The notes: generated by a model from the letters alone, not told the origin. DNA of 64,000 nucleotides from Pseudolabrys sp. (GCA_036491675.1 DASXBN010000106.1:38401-102400); one strand, 5' to 3'. Positions 1-10,833 are shown, numbered from the stretch's first letter. A program made the numbers and translations.

Positions 1-417
1 GACGCCGCCGAGCATCGAGAGCACGCCCGACACATGAAAGCCGCCGATGCCGACTTGAATGCCACGTTCACGCAGCGGCTTCGCTAGATCGAGCGCGCGC
101 GGGAACTGGTTCGATTGTACGCCGGCCAACATCACCATGCCGGCGCCGGCAGCCTCGATCATCGCCGCCAAACGCTCGGGGCGGATGCGGGTGTTGATCT
201 CGTCGAAGGCGTGGATCTCGACATCGACGTCATCGCCAAGCGCGCGGCGCTCGGCGCAATCCTTGGCGAGACCGTAGAGCGCGGCCAGCGAGTTCGACGG
301 GACCGGCGAGCGCAACCATTGGATAACGTAGCCGTTGTCGTCGTAATGCGACGGCTTGACCAGCAGGAGGCAAAAACGCCGCCGTGCCGCGCTTTGTACT
401 GCCGCCATTGCACTCAT
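1..417 (-). CDS. B12-binding-domain radical SAM protein, N-terminal 139 codons (gene continues past the left edge)
   Basis: My own minus-strand translation from ATG 417-415 stays open to base 1: MSAMAAVQSAARRRFCLLLVKPSHYDDNGYVIQWLRSPVPSNSLAALYGLAKDC...IQVGIGGFHVSGVLSMLGG. This looks like the N-terminal B12-binding-like module of radical SAM enzymes. It is absent from the ORF track because there is no stop in the window. Confidence 0.6.
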   Translation of the reverse strand, partial: MSAMAAVQSAARRRFCLLLVKPSHYDDNGYVIQWLRSPVPSNSLAALYGLAKDCAERRALGDDVDVEIHAFDEINTRIRPERLAAMIEAAGAGMVMLAGVQSNQFPRALDLAKPLRERGIQVGIGGFHVSGVLSMLGGV

Positions 418-597
418 ATCGACCCGCAGCCCCACCACCAAGCCAAACGAAACCGATGGCTATCCATACCATGCGACTTTCGCTTCGCGAAATCGATTCT
501 GTCGGTTAGCGGCGCGGTTTGGCAGGCGCCCCGCTATTGACCGATTTCGGGTCGAACGCCTTGTCGATATTACGGAATTCCTGCGCGATCGCCCTGC

Positions 598-1383
598 TCA
601 GCCGGGTTTGCGTTTAGCGAATGCCGACAGCATCCGTTTCGGCTCGTCGGTCTCGAAAGCGCGCACAAAGGCGTCGATGCCGGCCGCGATGGCGCGATCA
701 ACCGGCAGCCCTTCCCACGCGCGCATGAGCGCCTTCTGCCGGCGCACCGCCCGCGGGCCGGCCGTAAGGATCGCCGCCACGATCGTCTCGATTTCCGCAT
801 CGAGCGCATCGTGACCGACAACCCGCTCGACCAGCCCCCAACGCAGCGCGGTCTCGGCGTCGATCGTCTCTCCCAGCATCAACAATTCGCGCGCATGGCC
901 GAAGCCGATCAGGCGCGGGATCAACGCCGCTTCGACCACCGAGGGAATGCCGACCTTGACTTCCGGCATGCTGAACTTGGCGCGGGCCGAGGCGATCCTC
1001 AGATCGCACGACACCGCCACTTCCAACCCGGCGCCGAGTGCATAGCCGTCGAGCCGCGCGATCACCGGCACCGGCAACTGCCGTAATGCGTCACAGGTGC
1101 GGTGCACCAACGTGATGAAGCCTTCGGCGCTATCGCGGTCGAGCGCCGCCATCTCCGGAATACTGGCGCCGCCGATGAAAGCCTTGTCGCCCGCTCCGGC
1201 AATAACCAGCGCGCGCAGTTCGTCGTGCTCCGCCAACGCTTCGACTTTTTCGATGAATTCGCTCATCAGCGCGCGGGTGAGCGTGTTGAGCTTGGCCCGG
1301 TTGTCGACCGTCACATAAGCGACCGTGCCGCCGGCCCGCGGATCGAGCCGCAGGTCGACACGAGGCGCGGGGGTGCCGGTCAT
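598..1383 (-). CDS. enoyl-CoA hydratase/isomerase (crotonase family)
   Basis: 261-aa ORF with crotonase signatures VIAGAGDKAFIGGASI and DGYALGAGLEVAVSCDLRIA. Confidence 0.9.
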   Translation of the reverse strand: MTGTPAPRVDLRLDPRAGGTVAYVTVDNRAKLNTLTRALMSEFIEKVEALAEHDELRALVIAGAGDKAFIGGASIPEMAALDRDSAEGFITLVHRTCDALRQLPVPVIARLDGYALGAGLEVAVSCDLRIASARAKFSMPEVKVGIPSVVEAALIPRLIGFGHARELLMLGETIDAETALRWGLVERVVGHDALDAEIETIVAAILTAGPRAVRRQKALMRAWEGLPVDRAIAAGIDAFVRAFETDEPKRMLSAFAKRKPG

Positions 1384-1386
1384 GGC

Positions 1387-1863
1387 TCAGCGCGGCTTGC
1401 CGTAGACCGCCTTCGGATCGAAGGTTTTTTCGCCGTCGCGGAATTCCAGCTTTGCGCCGCCGCTTTCGCCGAGCGCAACGGCGCGGTAGAAGCACGTGCG
1501 CCGCCCCGTGTGGCAGGCGCCCTCGCCCGCCTGTTCGACTTTCAGCCACAACGCGTCCTGGTCGCAATCGACGCGCAGCTCGACCACGCGCTGGACGTGG
1601 CCGGAGCTCTCGCCCTTCTTCCAGAGCTTCCTGCGCGAGCGGCTGTAGTACCAGGCCTCGCCGCTTTCGACGGTGCGGCGAAGCGCTTCCGGGTTCATGT
1701 GCGCGACCATCAGCACGTCGCCCGATTTGGCGTCGGTCACGACGGCCGTGATCAGTCCGTCCGCGCCGAATTGCGGCGCGAAGGCGAGGCCTTCCTCGAT
1801 CTCGGATTTGTCAGCCAAAACTTGCCTCGCGTCGGTTACGCGGGGCTTAGCGTTGCGCCCCAC
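1387..1863 (-). CDS. hisI: phosphoribosyl-AMP cyclohydrolase
   Basis: 158-aa ORF with HisI blocks [29 protein letters not shown] and [11 protein letters not shown]...CHTG. Confidence 0.9.
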   Translation of the reverse strand: MGRNAKPRVTDARQVLADKSEIEEGLAFAPQFGADGLITAVVTDAKSGDVLMVAHMNPEALRRTVESGEAWYYSRSRRKLWKKGESSGHVQRVVELRVDCDQDALWLKVEQAGEGACHTGRRTCFYRAVALGESGGAKLEFRDGEKTFDPKAVYGKPR

Positions 1864-2506
1864 GCAGCATGGTCATGAAACGGACTTGCTCGCTGGCATC
1901 CTCGCGGAATGCGCCGGTGAAATGCGTCGTCACCGTCAGCGCGCCGGGCTTCGTCACCCCGCGCAGCGACATGCACATGTGCTCGGCTTCGATCATCACC
2001 GCGACGCCGCGCGGCTTGAGGATCTCGTCGATCGCGGTCGCAATCTGCGAATTCAGATGCTCCTGCGTCTGCATGCGATGCGCATAAACGTCGACCAGCC
2101 GCGCCAGCTTGGACAGGCCGACCACCCGTTCGACCGGCATATAGGCGACATGCGCTTTGCCGTAGAACGGCATCATGTGATGTTCGCAATGCGAATAGAA
2201 CGCGATGTCCTTGACCAGCACGAAATCGTCATAGCCGCCGGTCTCGCTGAAGGTGCGGTCGAGCACCTCCACCGGACACTCACGGTAGCCCTGGTAGACT
2301 TCCTCGTAAGCGCCGATGACGCGCTTGGGCGTTTCCAGCAGGCCTTCGCGGTCCGGGTCGTCACCGGCAAAGGCGATCAGCGTGCGCACGGCGGCTTCCG
2401 CCTGCTCGCGCGAGGGGCGCGGTTCGACCGGCGTGGGCGCCGCCCGCACGTGCTCCGATAGGCCCTGCTTCGGCCACGGCTTTATGATCGTACTCTTGGC
2501 GTCCAT
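1847..2506 (-). CDS. folE: GTP cyclohydrolase I
   Basis: 219-aa ORF with the FolE core [20 protein letters not shown] and IEAEHMCM. It overlaps the hisI start by 17 nt. Confidence 0.92.
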   Translation of the reverse strand: MDAKSTIIKPWPKQGLSEHVRAAPTPVEPRPSREQAEAAVRTLIAFAGDDPDREGLLETPKRVIGAYEEVYQGYRECPVEVLDRTFSETGGYDDFVLVKDIAFYSHCEHHMMPFYGKAHVAYMPVERVVGLSKLARLVDVYAHRMQTQEHLNSQIATAIDEILKPRGVAVMIEAEHMCMSLRGVTKPGALTVTTHFTGAFREDASEQVRFMTMLRGAQR

Positions 2507-2759
2507 AACGGTCTCTCCGTTCGACCGGCGCTCGCTCGACGAGCAGCACCGGGAGTGTCACCGGGGTGGCCGCGTCAGTAACCCGTCGGACCGCTTTTAG
2601 TCCAATGCGGGGCGCCTGGACGCCGCATTCCCATTCGGCATGGCTCGCAGACTATGCCTCGGCGCCAAGAACCCCTTCTCGCGCCATCGGGTCAGCCCCT
2701 ATATATTCGTTTGAATGGCGGTGGCAATCCGTGGTTCTACGCAGATCGGCAAAACGTCA

Positions 2760-3218
2760 ATGCTTAACGAGGTTTACAACAGCAAAATACTCGACCTGGC
2801 GGGCAATATCCCCCGCCTGGGACGTCTCGATACACCCGATGCCAGCGCTACCGCCCATTCCAAGCTGTGCGGTTCCACGGTCACCGTCGACCTTAAGATG
2901 AACGGTCCGGTGGTCGGTGATTTCGCCCACGACGTGAAGGCCTGCGCGCTCGGCCAGGCCTCATCTTCGATCATGGCCCGCTATATCGTCGGCTCCATGC
3001 CGGCCGAACTGCGCGAGCTACGCGAGACCGTGCGCAAGATGCTGAAGGAGAACGGCCGGCCGCCCTCCGGCAAATGGGCCGATATCGCAGTGCTCGAGCC
3101 GGTGCGCGATTACAAGGCGCGCCACGCTTCGACCATGCTCACCTTCGATGCGGTGGTATCGGCGCTCGATCAAATCGACGCCAAACAACCAAAGAAGCCG
3201 TCAGTGGCGGCAGAATAG
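2760..3218 (+). CDS. NifU/IscU-like iron-sulfur cluster assembly scaffold protein
   Basis: The ORF runs 2715-3218. ATG 2760 (MLNEVYNSKILDLAGNIPRLG) is preferred as the family-typical N-terminus. Conserved Cys are present in HSKLCGS and VKACALG. Confidence 0.8.
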   Translation: MLNEVYNSKILDLAGNIPRLGRLDTPDASATAHSKLCGSTVTVDLKMNGPVVGDFAHDVKACALGQASSSIMARYIVGSMPAELRELRETVRKMLKENGRPPSGKWADIAVLEPVRDYKARHASTMLTFDAVVSALDQIDAKQPKKPSVAAE

Positions 3219-3219
3219 A

Positions 3220-4533
3220 TCACTTCGCAGACGCGATACCGCCCGTCTTAGGTATCGACAAGTCGGCGCGGTCGCCGCTCGGCTTCACGCAACCGGCGGC
3301 CAGCCGCGGCAGGTTCTGCTGCGCCCCGGTATTGCCGAAGCGGATGCCGGTGGCCATGCTGGCGCTCTTGGTCTCGATAAACATCGAATGATTCCCAGCG
3401 CCGGCGAAGGCGCCAATCAGCGCGGCTGGCACGGAACCTGTGGCATAAGTGACAAGCTCGTCGGGCTGCGCGCGGCGTTCCGAGGACACCACCTTGAGCT
3501 GGGCCGACATGCCGCCGACCATCACGGTCACCGCGTCGAGTTCGGCCGGCACCTGGCTGCCGCCGCCGTAATGGCGCCGCTCGATATAGCTGACGTCGTA
3601 GTTGTCGCCGCCAGCGCCGCAGGCAACCATGAGATCGAAGCTGCCGATGTCCTCACCGTCGACGGTGAGCGGCTGGCGCCGCGTCAGTGACGCAACGCCT
3701 GCACGATCGACCATCGCCCAGCGCCGTTCGCTGATATTGGTCGCTTGGGCGCCATCGGTCACACGCGGAGCAGGCGCCGCCATGGCCGGCGCCGGAGACG
3801 CCGCGACCGTGGCGGCCACCGGCGGCGCGGCCGGCAGTTCGGTCGCGAGCCGAGTGCGGTGCGTTTCTTCCGCCGTCAAGGCGTGCATCGGTTCCCAGGG
3901 TGGAACGCGCAATGCGAGATTGAGCAGTTCGATCGAGCCGCCCATGTCGACGGTATAGCGAGCCAACCGACCGATATCGCGCTGGACCAGAACGAGGTCC
4001 TCGGCGGTGTAGTTCGCCGCGGTCGGATCGTCGCGGCGGTCGCCGAGCCAGATTTGATGCACCATCACGCGCGCTTCCGGCGGCACCGTGCGGTGCACGC
4101 CGCCGAGCAGCACAAAGCTGCACATCGATTCGCAATCGGCGCGCGGCGAGAATTTGGCGCGCGGCGGATCCTGCCGCGCGCTGTCGAGATCGACGACGCG
4201 GCCGACCGTGGTGTCGAGGCCGAAGCGGCGAATGTCGCTCCCGAGCGCGATGGCGCCGAGTACCGAACCGCCGTCGGAATCGAGCACGACCGTTGCGCCG
4301 GCGAGATCGTGGCCTTGCGCGAACAATTCGAAGTCGCGCGCGGTCTCCGCCGTGATGGCGCCGCTCGCCGAAATCCACAGCTCGCACTTGGCGCCGCAAG
4401 CGTCGTCCGGCCCTTGCAGGCGCAGTTCGAAGCGCATCGGCAGCATGCGATCGGCGTTGTCAGCCGACGCCGGCAACGGATTCACCAGCGCCGCCGCAGC
4501 AAGCGCAATAGCGAACGTAAGGAAGCGATTCAT
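3220..4533 (-). CDS. secreted/periplasmic hypothetical protein
   Basis: 437-aa ORF with a clear signal peptide MNRFLTFAIALAAAALVNPLPASA and coding-like composition. I see no catalytic motif. Confidence 0.7.
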   Translation of the reverse strand: MNRFLTFAIALAAAALVNPLPASADNADRMLPMRFELRLQGPDDACGAKCELWISASGAITAETARDFELFAQGHDLAGATVVLDSDGGSVLGAIALGSDIRRFGLDTTVGRVVDLDSARQDPPRAKFSPRADCESMCSFVLLGGVHRTVPPEARVMVHQIWLGDRRDDPTAANYTAEDLVLVQRDIGRLARYTVDMGGSIELLNLALRVPPWEPMHALTAEETHRTRLATELPAAPPVAATVAASPAPAMAAPAPRVTDGAQATNISERRWAMVDRAGVASLTRRQPLTVDGEDIGSFDLMVACGAGGDNYDVSYIERRHYGGGSQVPAELDAVTVMVGGMSAQLKVVSSERRAQPDELVTYATGSVPAALIGAFAGAGNHSMFIETKSASMATGIRFGNTGAQQNLPRLAAGCVKPSGDRADLSIPKTGGIASAK

Positions 4534-4712
4534 TCTTCCCCTTCTCGCCGTCGAGCCCTTATTGCTGGCGCGGTTGTCCGCGTTCGTATTGGGCTTTGGC
4601 GGCCTTATGAGACCCCCGGTCAGGTCGTTTTAATCAGCCGGCAGATTCGGGTCTAGTGTAAAAAAGTCGCTATCGACATTGTCTTGAATCAAACCGGCGG
4701 TTCCACCGTGAT

Positions 4713-4761
4713 GGAACTTTATCGTGGAACTTTATGGCGGAACTTTATGGCGGAAATGAGC
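4713..4761. repeat. 13-bp tandem repeat, 3 perfect-core units plus one degenerate unit
   Basis: GGAACTTTAT occurs at 4713, 4726 and 4739, each followed by 3 nt (cgt/ggc/ggc). A fourth unit GGAAATGAGC starts at 4752. Confidence 0.85.
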
Positions 4762-5088
4762 GAACCACAAACGTCATCCTCCGGCCTCGCACGCCTGCCG
4801 CGGCGCTTCGGGCGTGGCCTGGTGGCGATCTATCGCTATACGCTCGCCCCGCTGATCGGCCCGCGTTGCCGGCATCTGCCGGGCTGCTCGGACTATGCCG
4901 ACGAAGCGATCGGGCGTTTCGGGCTGTGGGCGGGTGGCTGGATGGCATTCGCGCGCATCCTGCGCTGCCAGCCCTGGGGGACGCACGGACTCGATTTTGT
5001 GCCAGCCAAGTTGCCGGAGCGCGCGCGTTGGTGGACGCCGTGGCGTTATGGGCGCTGGCGGGGAACGAACGAGAGCCCGCCCCGCTAG
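4747..5088 (+). CDS. yidD: membrane protein insertion efficiency factor YidD
   Basis: YidD signature YRYTLAPLIGPRCRHLPGCSDYADEAI...RCQPWG. The start is ambiguous: ATG 4747 or 4756, both in frame with ORF 4684-5088 and both inside the repeat tract. Confidence 0.85.
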   Translation: MAEMSEPQTSSSGLARLPRRFGRGLVAIYRYTLAPLIGPRCRHLPGCSDYADEAIGRFGLWAGGWMAFARILRCQPWGTHGLDFVPAKLPERARWWTPWRYGRWRGTNESPPR

Positions 5089-5178
5089 TTGCGTCGGTGG
5101 AACTTCTTGCTATATCCCTCTCTCTTCAAGTGGCGCTTACCTGCATTCGTAGGCAGCGAGTGAGCAAGGAGACGAGAC

Positions 5179-7119
5179 ATGGTCGCGCTGACCTTTCCCG
5201 ACGGCGCGCGTCGGGATTACCCCCAGGGCACAACCGGGCTGGATATCGCCAAGGGCATTTCGCCCTCGTTGGCCAAGCGCACCGTGGCCATGGCACTCGA
5301 CGGCGCCGTCGCCGATCTTGCCGACCCGATCGAGCGCGATACAAAAATCGAATTTCTCACCCGCGAAGACCCACGCGCGCTGGAGCTGATCCGGCACGAC
5401 GCCGCGCACATCATGGCGGAAGCCGTGCAGTCGCTGTGGCCGGGCACGCAGGTCACCATCGGCCCGGTGATCGAGAACGGTTTTTATTACGACTTCGCGC
5501 GCAACCAGCCGTTCACGCTGGAAGACCTGCCCGTCATCGAGAAGAAGATGAAGGAGATCGTCGCGCGCGATAAGCCCTTCACCAAGGAAGAATGGTCGCG
5601 CGAGCAGGCCAAGAAGGTGTTCGCCGACAAGGGCGAGAACTTCAAGGTCGAACTGGTCGACGCCATTCCGGAAGACCAGAAAATCAAAATCTACAAGCAG
5701 GGCGACTGGTTCGATCTCTGCCGCGGCCCGCATATGACCTCGACCGGCAAGGTCGGCAACGCCTTCAAACTGATGAAGGTGGCGGGCGCCTATTGGCGCG
5801 GCGACTCGAAGAACCCGATGCTCACCCGCATCTACGGCACCGCCTTCGCTAAACAGGACGAACTCGACGCTTATTTGAAGCAGATCGAGGAAGCCGAGAA
5901 ACGCGACCACCGCCGCCTCGCGCGCGAGATGGACCTGTTCCATTTCCAGGAAGAGGCGCCCGGCTCGGTGTTCTGGCATGCCAAAGGCTGGACGCTGTTC
6001 CAGCAGCTCGAGAACTACATCCGCCGCTGCCAGCAGGCCACCGGCTACATCGAGGTGAACTCGCCGCAGATGATGGACCGCGAGATGTGGGTCACCACCG
6101 GCCACATCCCGACCTACAACGACATGATGTTCCTCACCGCCAAACGCGAGGAGGACGAGCGCGTCTATGCCATCAAGCCGATGAACTGCCCGGGCCACGT
6201 GCAGATCTTCAAGAACGGCCTGAAGTCGTACCGCGACCTGCCGATGAAGATCGCCGAGTTCGGCAAGGTACACCGCTTCGAGCCCTCGGGCGCTTTGCAC
6301 GGGCTGATGCGCGTGCGCGCCTTCACTCAGGACGACGCGCACATCTTCGTCATGGAAAGCCAGATCGCCGAGGAAGTGCTCAAGGTCAACAATCAGATCC
6401 TGTCGATCTACGAGGACTTCGGTTTCTCCGACGTGCGCATCAAATTCTCCGACCGCCCCGACAAGCGCATCGGCGACGACGCGGTCTGGGACAAGGCGGA
6501 GGCCGCGCTGATGGCGGCGCTCAAAGCCTCCGGGCGGCCGTGGACGCTCAACAAAGGCGAAGGCGCTTTCTACGGGCCCAAGCTCGAATACGTGCTGCGC
6601 GACGCCATTGGCCGCGAATGGCAATGCGGCACCGTGCAGGTCGATCTCAATCTGCCGGGACGACTCGGCGCCTTCTACATCGACGAGCATTCCAACAAAG
6701 TGACGCCGGTGATGCTGCATCGGGCCATGTTCGGCTCCATGGAGCGATTCACCGGCATCCTGATCGAGCACTATGCCGGACACCTGCCGCTCTGGCTGTC
6801 GCCGACCCAGGCCGTGGTCGCCACCATCACGCTCGACGCCGACGATTACGCGCGCGAGGCGATCGCGGCAGCGCGCGCCCGCGGCCTGCGCGTCGAGGGC
6901 GACCTGCGCAACGAGAAGATCAATTACAAGGTGCGCGAGCACTCGCTTGCCAAGGTGCCAGCCCTCCTGGTGGTCGGCAAAAAGGAAGCGGCCGAGCGCA
7001 CGGTTTCGATCCGCCGCCTCGGGCAGGAGAAACAGGAAGTGATGCCGCTCGACGCCGCCCTGACCGCGCTCGCCGCCGAAGCCGTGCCGCCCGACATGAA
7101 GCGGGCTACGGCAGTCTGA
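5179..7119 (+). CDS. thrS: threonine--tRNA ligase
   Basis: 646-aa ORF with a TGS-type N-terminus, a class II core ([21 protein letters not shown]) and a C-terminal anticodon-binding domain. Confidence 0.97.
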   Translation: MVALTFPDGARRDYPQGTTGLDIAKGISPSLAKRTVAMALDGAVADLADPIERDTKIEFLTREDPRALELIRHDAAHIMAEAVQSLWPGTQVTIGPVIENGFYYDFARNQPFTLEDLPVIEKKMKEIVARDKPFTKEEWSREQAKKVFADKGENFKVELVDAIPEDQKIKIYKQGDWFDLCRGPHMTSTGKVGNAFKLMKVAGAYWRGDSKNPMLTRIYGTAFAKQDELDAYLKQIEEAEKRDHRRLAREMDLFHFQEEAPGSVFWHAKGWTLFQQLENYIRRCQQATGYIEVNSPQMMDREMWVTTGHIPTYNDMMFLTAKREEDERVYAIKPMNCPGHVQIFKNGLKSYRDLPMKIAEFGKVHRFEPSGALHGLMRVRAFTQDDAHIFVMESQIAEEVLKVNNQILSIYEDFGFSDVRIKFSDRPDKRIGDDAVWDKAEAALMAALKASGRPWTLNKGEGAFYGPKLEYVLRDAIGREWQCGTVQVDLNLPGRLGAFYIDEHSNKVTPVMLHRAMFGSMERFTGILIEHYAGHLPLWLSPTQAVVATITLDADDYAREAIAAARARGLRVEGDLRNEKINYKVREHSLAKVPALLVVGKKEAAERTVSIRRLGQEKQEVMPLDAALTALAAEAVPPDMKRATAV

Positions 7120-7411
7120 AACTTGCGCATTTGGTGAATAACCGCAAGAATTCCCGTTATGGTTGATTTTACCCTAGGCCGCGCGGCGAAGCCGTCGTTG
7201 GTGAATCCCGATTAACCAAATACAAACTTCGCCCGCCCTATTCTGCTGCGGATCGACCACAGGATCAGGGAGTGCCCGCCGGCTAACCCGTTTCGTGTAA
7301 CGAATCGGGGTCCGGTCGATTGGCACGCAGAGGCACTGCCTTGCATTCTCGTTTCTCAGCCCTCATCAGTCCCGGTCACGCGCAGTTTTTCGCCGGCGAG
7401 TGCCCGATCCC

Positions 7412-9115
7412 ATGCGCACGCTGAGGCTCCGGGCCTTGTTCTCCCGCTTGCAGGTCCGCATCGGCACCAAGCTCGCCATCACGGTCGGCATCGGCGTCTT
7501 GCTGGTGGCCGGCATGATCGCCAATCAGCAGTTCAGCAATGCCTCGGTGGCGCGCCATGCCGAACTCGAGCGCAACGAACAGTTCGTCACCGCGGATATG
7601 CTGCGCGCCAGCGTCGCATTGCAGCGCATGCAGACCGGCACGCGCGAAATACGGCTGGCGATTTCCGAGCGGGAGGCCGAACAAGCGCTTGCCGAATTGC
7701 GCGAGAGCATGAGCAGCGCCGTCGGCTATCTCCTGTCCGCGGTACAACTGTGCGAGGACACTGACAATTGCGCGCGCTTCGAGAAACTCGTCAAGTTGGC
7801 CAAGGCCTATGCCGTCACCGCCGCCGAGATGACGGAACTTAAAAAAGACTACAAGGAAATCGCCAAGCCACTCGCGGAAGTCAGCAAAGTCGGCACTGAG
7901 ATTGACGCCCTGATCGCGAAGGCGACATCCGACGCCAAGACGCTCGCCTCTCAGCGAATGGCCGCAGCCGCGGCGCGCCGGACGGAGGCCGCGCAGATCA
8001 GTATGGCGATCGGATTTATTGTCGTCATCATCCTGACCGGAGCAGGAGTTTTTGGCGTGCTTTCGATCGGCCGGCCCATCAAGAACATCGCCGGCGTGCT
8101 GCTCCAGCTTGCCGATGGCACGCGCGAGTTCAAAATCCCCTATACCGGTCGCGGCGACGAAGTCGGCGACGCAGCGCGGGCGGCACGCGCCTTTCGCGAC
8201 AATCTCGTGCGGCTTGAAAAGCTCGAGGCCGAGCAGAAGGAAGCGGCCGCGCGCGCCGTGGCCGAACGCAAGAGCATGGTGCGCGAGCTTGCCGATACCT
8301 TCGAGCAAGCTGTCGGCAACATCGTCGCGGCGGTGTCATCCGCCGCTAGCGACCTTGAGGTGACGGCCGGCACCTTGACCAAGAACGCGAATGCGACCCA
8401 GCAGCTCTCCGCCGCGGCCGCGGCCGCCTCCGCGCAAGCCTCGGCCAACGTCCAGTCGGTGGCTTCGGCAACCAGCGAGGTGGGTGCCTCGATCGAGGAG
8501 ATCGGGCGGCAGGTGCAACAATCCACCAAAATAGCCGCCGAGGCAGTGCAACAGGCAGAACAGACCGACGCACGCATTGCCGATTTGTCGCGCTCGGCGA
8601 GCAGTATTGGCGACGTGGTCAAGCTCATTACCACGATCGCCGGTCAAACTAATCTCCTCGCCCTCAACGCCACGATCGAGGCGGCGCGTGCCGGGGAAGC
8701 CGGCCGCGGTTTTGCGGTGGTCGCCACCGAGGTGAAGACGCTCGCCACGCAGACCGCCCAAGCGACCGAAACGATCAAGACGCAAATTGCCGAAATGCAA
8801 AATATGACCAGGGAATCGGTGGCCGCGATCAAGGAGATCGGCGGCACGATCCGCCGTATCTCGGAGATTGCCGCGACCATCACCGGCGCCGTCGATGCGC
8901 AGGGCGCAGCGACGCAGGAGATCGCTCACAATATCGCTCAAGCCGCGCAGGGCGCGGCGCAAGTGGCGGTCAACATCACCGACGTGAACCATGATGCCGA
9001 CGAAACCGGCACGGCCTCGATCAAGGTTCTGCAGGCAGCGCAATTTCTGTCGGGCGAGAGCCGCAAACTCGGCCTCGAGGTCGAGAAATTCATCAACACC
9101 GTGCGCGCCGCCTGA
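7412..9115 (+). CDS. methyl-accepting chemotaxis protein
   Basis: Architecture is TM, periplasmic region, TM, HAMP, then the signalling hairpin [34 protein letters not shown] 7412 is preferred over the track start GTG 7400. Confidence 0.9.
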   Translation: MRTLRLRALFSRLQVRIGTKLAITVGIGVLLVAGMIANQQFSNASVARHAELERNEQFVTADMLRASVALQRMQTGTREIRLAISEREAEQALAELRESMSSAVGYLLSAVQLCEDTDNCARFEKLVKLAKAYAVTAAEMTELKKDYKEIAKPLAEVSKVGTEIDALIAKATSDAKTLASQRMAAAAARRTEAAQISMAIGFIVVIILTGAGVFGVLSIGRPIKNIAGVLLQLADGTREFKIPYTGRGDEVGDAARAARAFRDNLVRLEKLEAEQKEAAARAVAERKSMVRELADTFEQAVGNIVAAVSSAASDLEVTAGTLTKNANATQQLSAAAAAASAQASANVQSVASATSEVGASIEEIGRQVQQSTKIAAEAVQQAEQTDARIADLSRSASSIGDVVKLITTIAGQTNLLALNATIEAARAGEAGRGFAVVATEVKTLATQTAQATETIKTQIAEMQNMTRESVAAIKEIGGTIRRISEIAATITGAVDAQGAATQEIAHNIAQAAQGAAQVAVNITDVNHDADETGTASIKVLQAAQFLSGESRKLGLEVEKFINTVRAA

Positions 9116-9137
9116 TACGGCCGGTGTGACGCACCTC

Positions 9138-9566
9138 TCAGTGAGCCAGCGTCGCCTGCTTGAGCGCGCGCATCACGTCGCCGCGCGAGATCATGCCGAG
9201 CAGTTGGCCGTCGGGACCAAGCACCGGGAAGCTGCGGATTTTGAGGTTCACCATCAATTGTAGCACGCGGGTCAAGGGCGTGGCCGGCTCGACGTTCACT
9301 ACGCCCTCGGTCATCACCTCTCCGACCGTGCGTTTCATCAAGATGTCGTAGCTCGGAACCAACTGGCCGGTCGTGAAGCCGAAGGCGCGCAGAAAATCGA
9401 ACTTGGTGACGATGCCGAGCAAATGCCCGTTATCCACGACCGGCAACGCATCGAAATCGTGCTGCGCGAACAGCGATTCCAGTTCGGCCATGGTGCATTG
9501 GCGCGTTACGGTTTTGACCTTCGGCGTCATGTATTGCGCGGCTGTCGATTCAAGAAAGTAAAACAT
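9138..9566 (-). CDS. CBS domain-containing protein
   Basis: CBS-pair sequence. I moved the start to ATG 9566, which has GAGGA about 9 nt upstream. This gives 142 aa, like the 143-aa paralog at 19042-19473. Confidence 0.8.
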   Translation of the reverse strand: MFYFLESTAAQYMTPKVKTVTRQCTMAELESLFAQHDFDALPVVDNGHLLGIVTKFDFLRAFGFTTGQLVPSYDILMKRTVGEVMTEGVVNVEPATPLTRVLQLMVNLKIRSFPVLGPDGQLLGMISRGDVMRALKQATLAH

Positions 9567-9720
9567 GTCTACCGATCCTCGTTCATTGGCCCGACCGCCG
9601 GCGCGCCGGTGCGCCGATTCATAGAGCATGATCCGTCCGGGTGGAATCGGATCATGCTCCCGCTGTTCAATCTTGCAAAAGTTCCTCGCCGCGGCGGTTC
9701 CTTCTCTGCCGCGGCCGGCG

Positions 9721-10833
9721 TTACGGCCGCACCTTCCCGCTCATATTGACGTCAGCCTTGCCGCTCGCCGCCAGGCTGTCGAGCGAATCATAGAGCAGTT
9801 GCAGGACGTAACGTCCGTTATGGTAGGCGGCGCCCGGATCGCGCACCGAGTACGTGTAGTTGAACACCGCCTGCAACAGGCGCGGCGTATAGGCCGTGTA
9901 TTTATTCGCCATCTTCATCTCTTCCGGATCGATACGGCCGTTGCCGTTGCTGTCGGCGTACCAATAGGGGAACGCGGCCTTGGTGAAGGCGATCGGCGTG
10001 CCGCCGACATTCTTGGAATAGGTCTGGATCGCAGCGTAAAGCTGCGTCTGCAGGCCGGCGATCTCGCGCGCGAGACCTTCTTCCTTGCCGTTGCCGTCGA
10101 AGTCGCCGCGCGTCGACATGCGGATGCCGGCAAGATCGGCGACGCTCTTGATGCCGGTGTGGCAGCCGCCGCAGCGATCGATCTTGACCTCGCCGGTGTG
10201 CGGCTGATGGCAGTCGGTGCAGGTGCTCACATTCGGCATGTGCGCGAAACGGCCCGCATAGTTCTTGCCGTCATACTCGTAACCCACCTTCGCCTCGGTG
10301 CCGTAGATGGTCGCGCCGGCCGGGAAATAGTGTACGTGCAGGAAAGCGAGTTTCGGATTTGGCGTATCGGGCGTCATTCCGGCGATCGCCTTGTTCACGC
10401 TCGCCGTCGACTCGCGGCCCTGGTGGCAGGTCATGCACAGATTGGCGTCGTTGTTGCCGGTGTCGACACTGATGCCGCTGGCGAAATTGACCTTGCCGAC
10501 CGTGTGCCGGGCGTAGCTCAGCATGTCGGCGTGGCAATTGGTGCAGGCGAAGCCGTTCTTGGCGTGCGGCGTCGGCGTGTTCTTACCTTCCTTCAGATAT
10601 TCCGGAACGCTGTTGGCGCCGTGGCAGCGCGCACACACGGCCGGGATTTCCTTTTCCTTGTCCCAGTCGTGGAAGGCCTCGGCGTTGCGCGCGAAGTGCC
10701 CCTTCCAAAACTCGAGCTGGACGCCGACTTCAGCCGTCTCCGCCGAGCGGCCGATGCCGCCGGCCCATAGCGTCATCGCCGCTATGGCAACAGAAAATGT
10801 CGTGAGTTTCTGCAATCGTCGGATCGCGCGCAT
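9721..10833 (-). CDS. periplasmic pentaheme cytochrome c
   Basis: 370-aa ORF with a signal peptide and five CXXCH motifs (CARCH, CTNCH, CMTCH, CTDCH, CGGCH). The heme-free C-terminal part contains the EF-hand-type loop DSNGNGRIDPEE. Confidence 0.85.
   Translation of the reverse strand: MRAIRRLQKLTTFSVAIAAMTLWAGGIGRSAETAEVGVQLEFWKGHFARNAEAFHDWDKEKEIPAVCARCHGANSVPEYLKEGKNTPTPHAKNGFACTNCHADMLSYARHTVGKVNFASGISVDTGNNDANLCMTCHQGRESTASVNKAIAGMTPDTPNPKLAFLHVHYFPAGATIYGTEAKVGYEYDGKNYAGRFAHMPNVSTCTDCHQPHTGEVKIDRCGGCHTGIKSVADLAGIRMSTRGDFDGNGKEEGLAREIAGLQTQLYAAIQTYSKNVGGTPIAFTKAAFPYWYADSNGNGRIDPEEMKMANKYTAYTPRLLQAVFNYTYSVRDPGAAYHNGRYVLQLLYDSLDSLAASGKADVNMSGKVRP

Noticed and set aside
4713-4751. Three tandem GGAAC motifs as stacked EcfG -35 elements
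   Set aside because: No CGTT or GTT lies 16-17 nt downstream of any copy, so the resemblance to the EcfG -35 is probably coincidental.
4734-5573. 279-aa ORF starting inside the 13-bp repeat and running across yidD into thrS
   Set aside because: It is out of frame with the recognisable YidD and ThrS sequences, and its composition is Arg/Ala/Pro-rich and junk-like.
5137-6942. 601-aa ORF antisense to thrS
   Set aside because: It is entirely contained in the opposite strand of a textbook thrS gene. It has an Arg/Ala/Gly/His-rich low-complexity composition, which is the typical high-GC shadow ORF. The same reasoning applies to 7376-8308, 9628-10770, 26092-26976, 30451-31665, 47450-48619 and similar ORFs.
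7321-7345. Sigma-54-like TGGCAC...TTGCA upstream of the MCP gene
   Set aside because: The GG-to-GC spacing is wrong. TGGCAC is 14 nt from TTGC, and the inner GGCAC-N4-TTGCA is one nt too short relative to TGGCAC-N5-TTGC.
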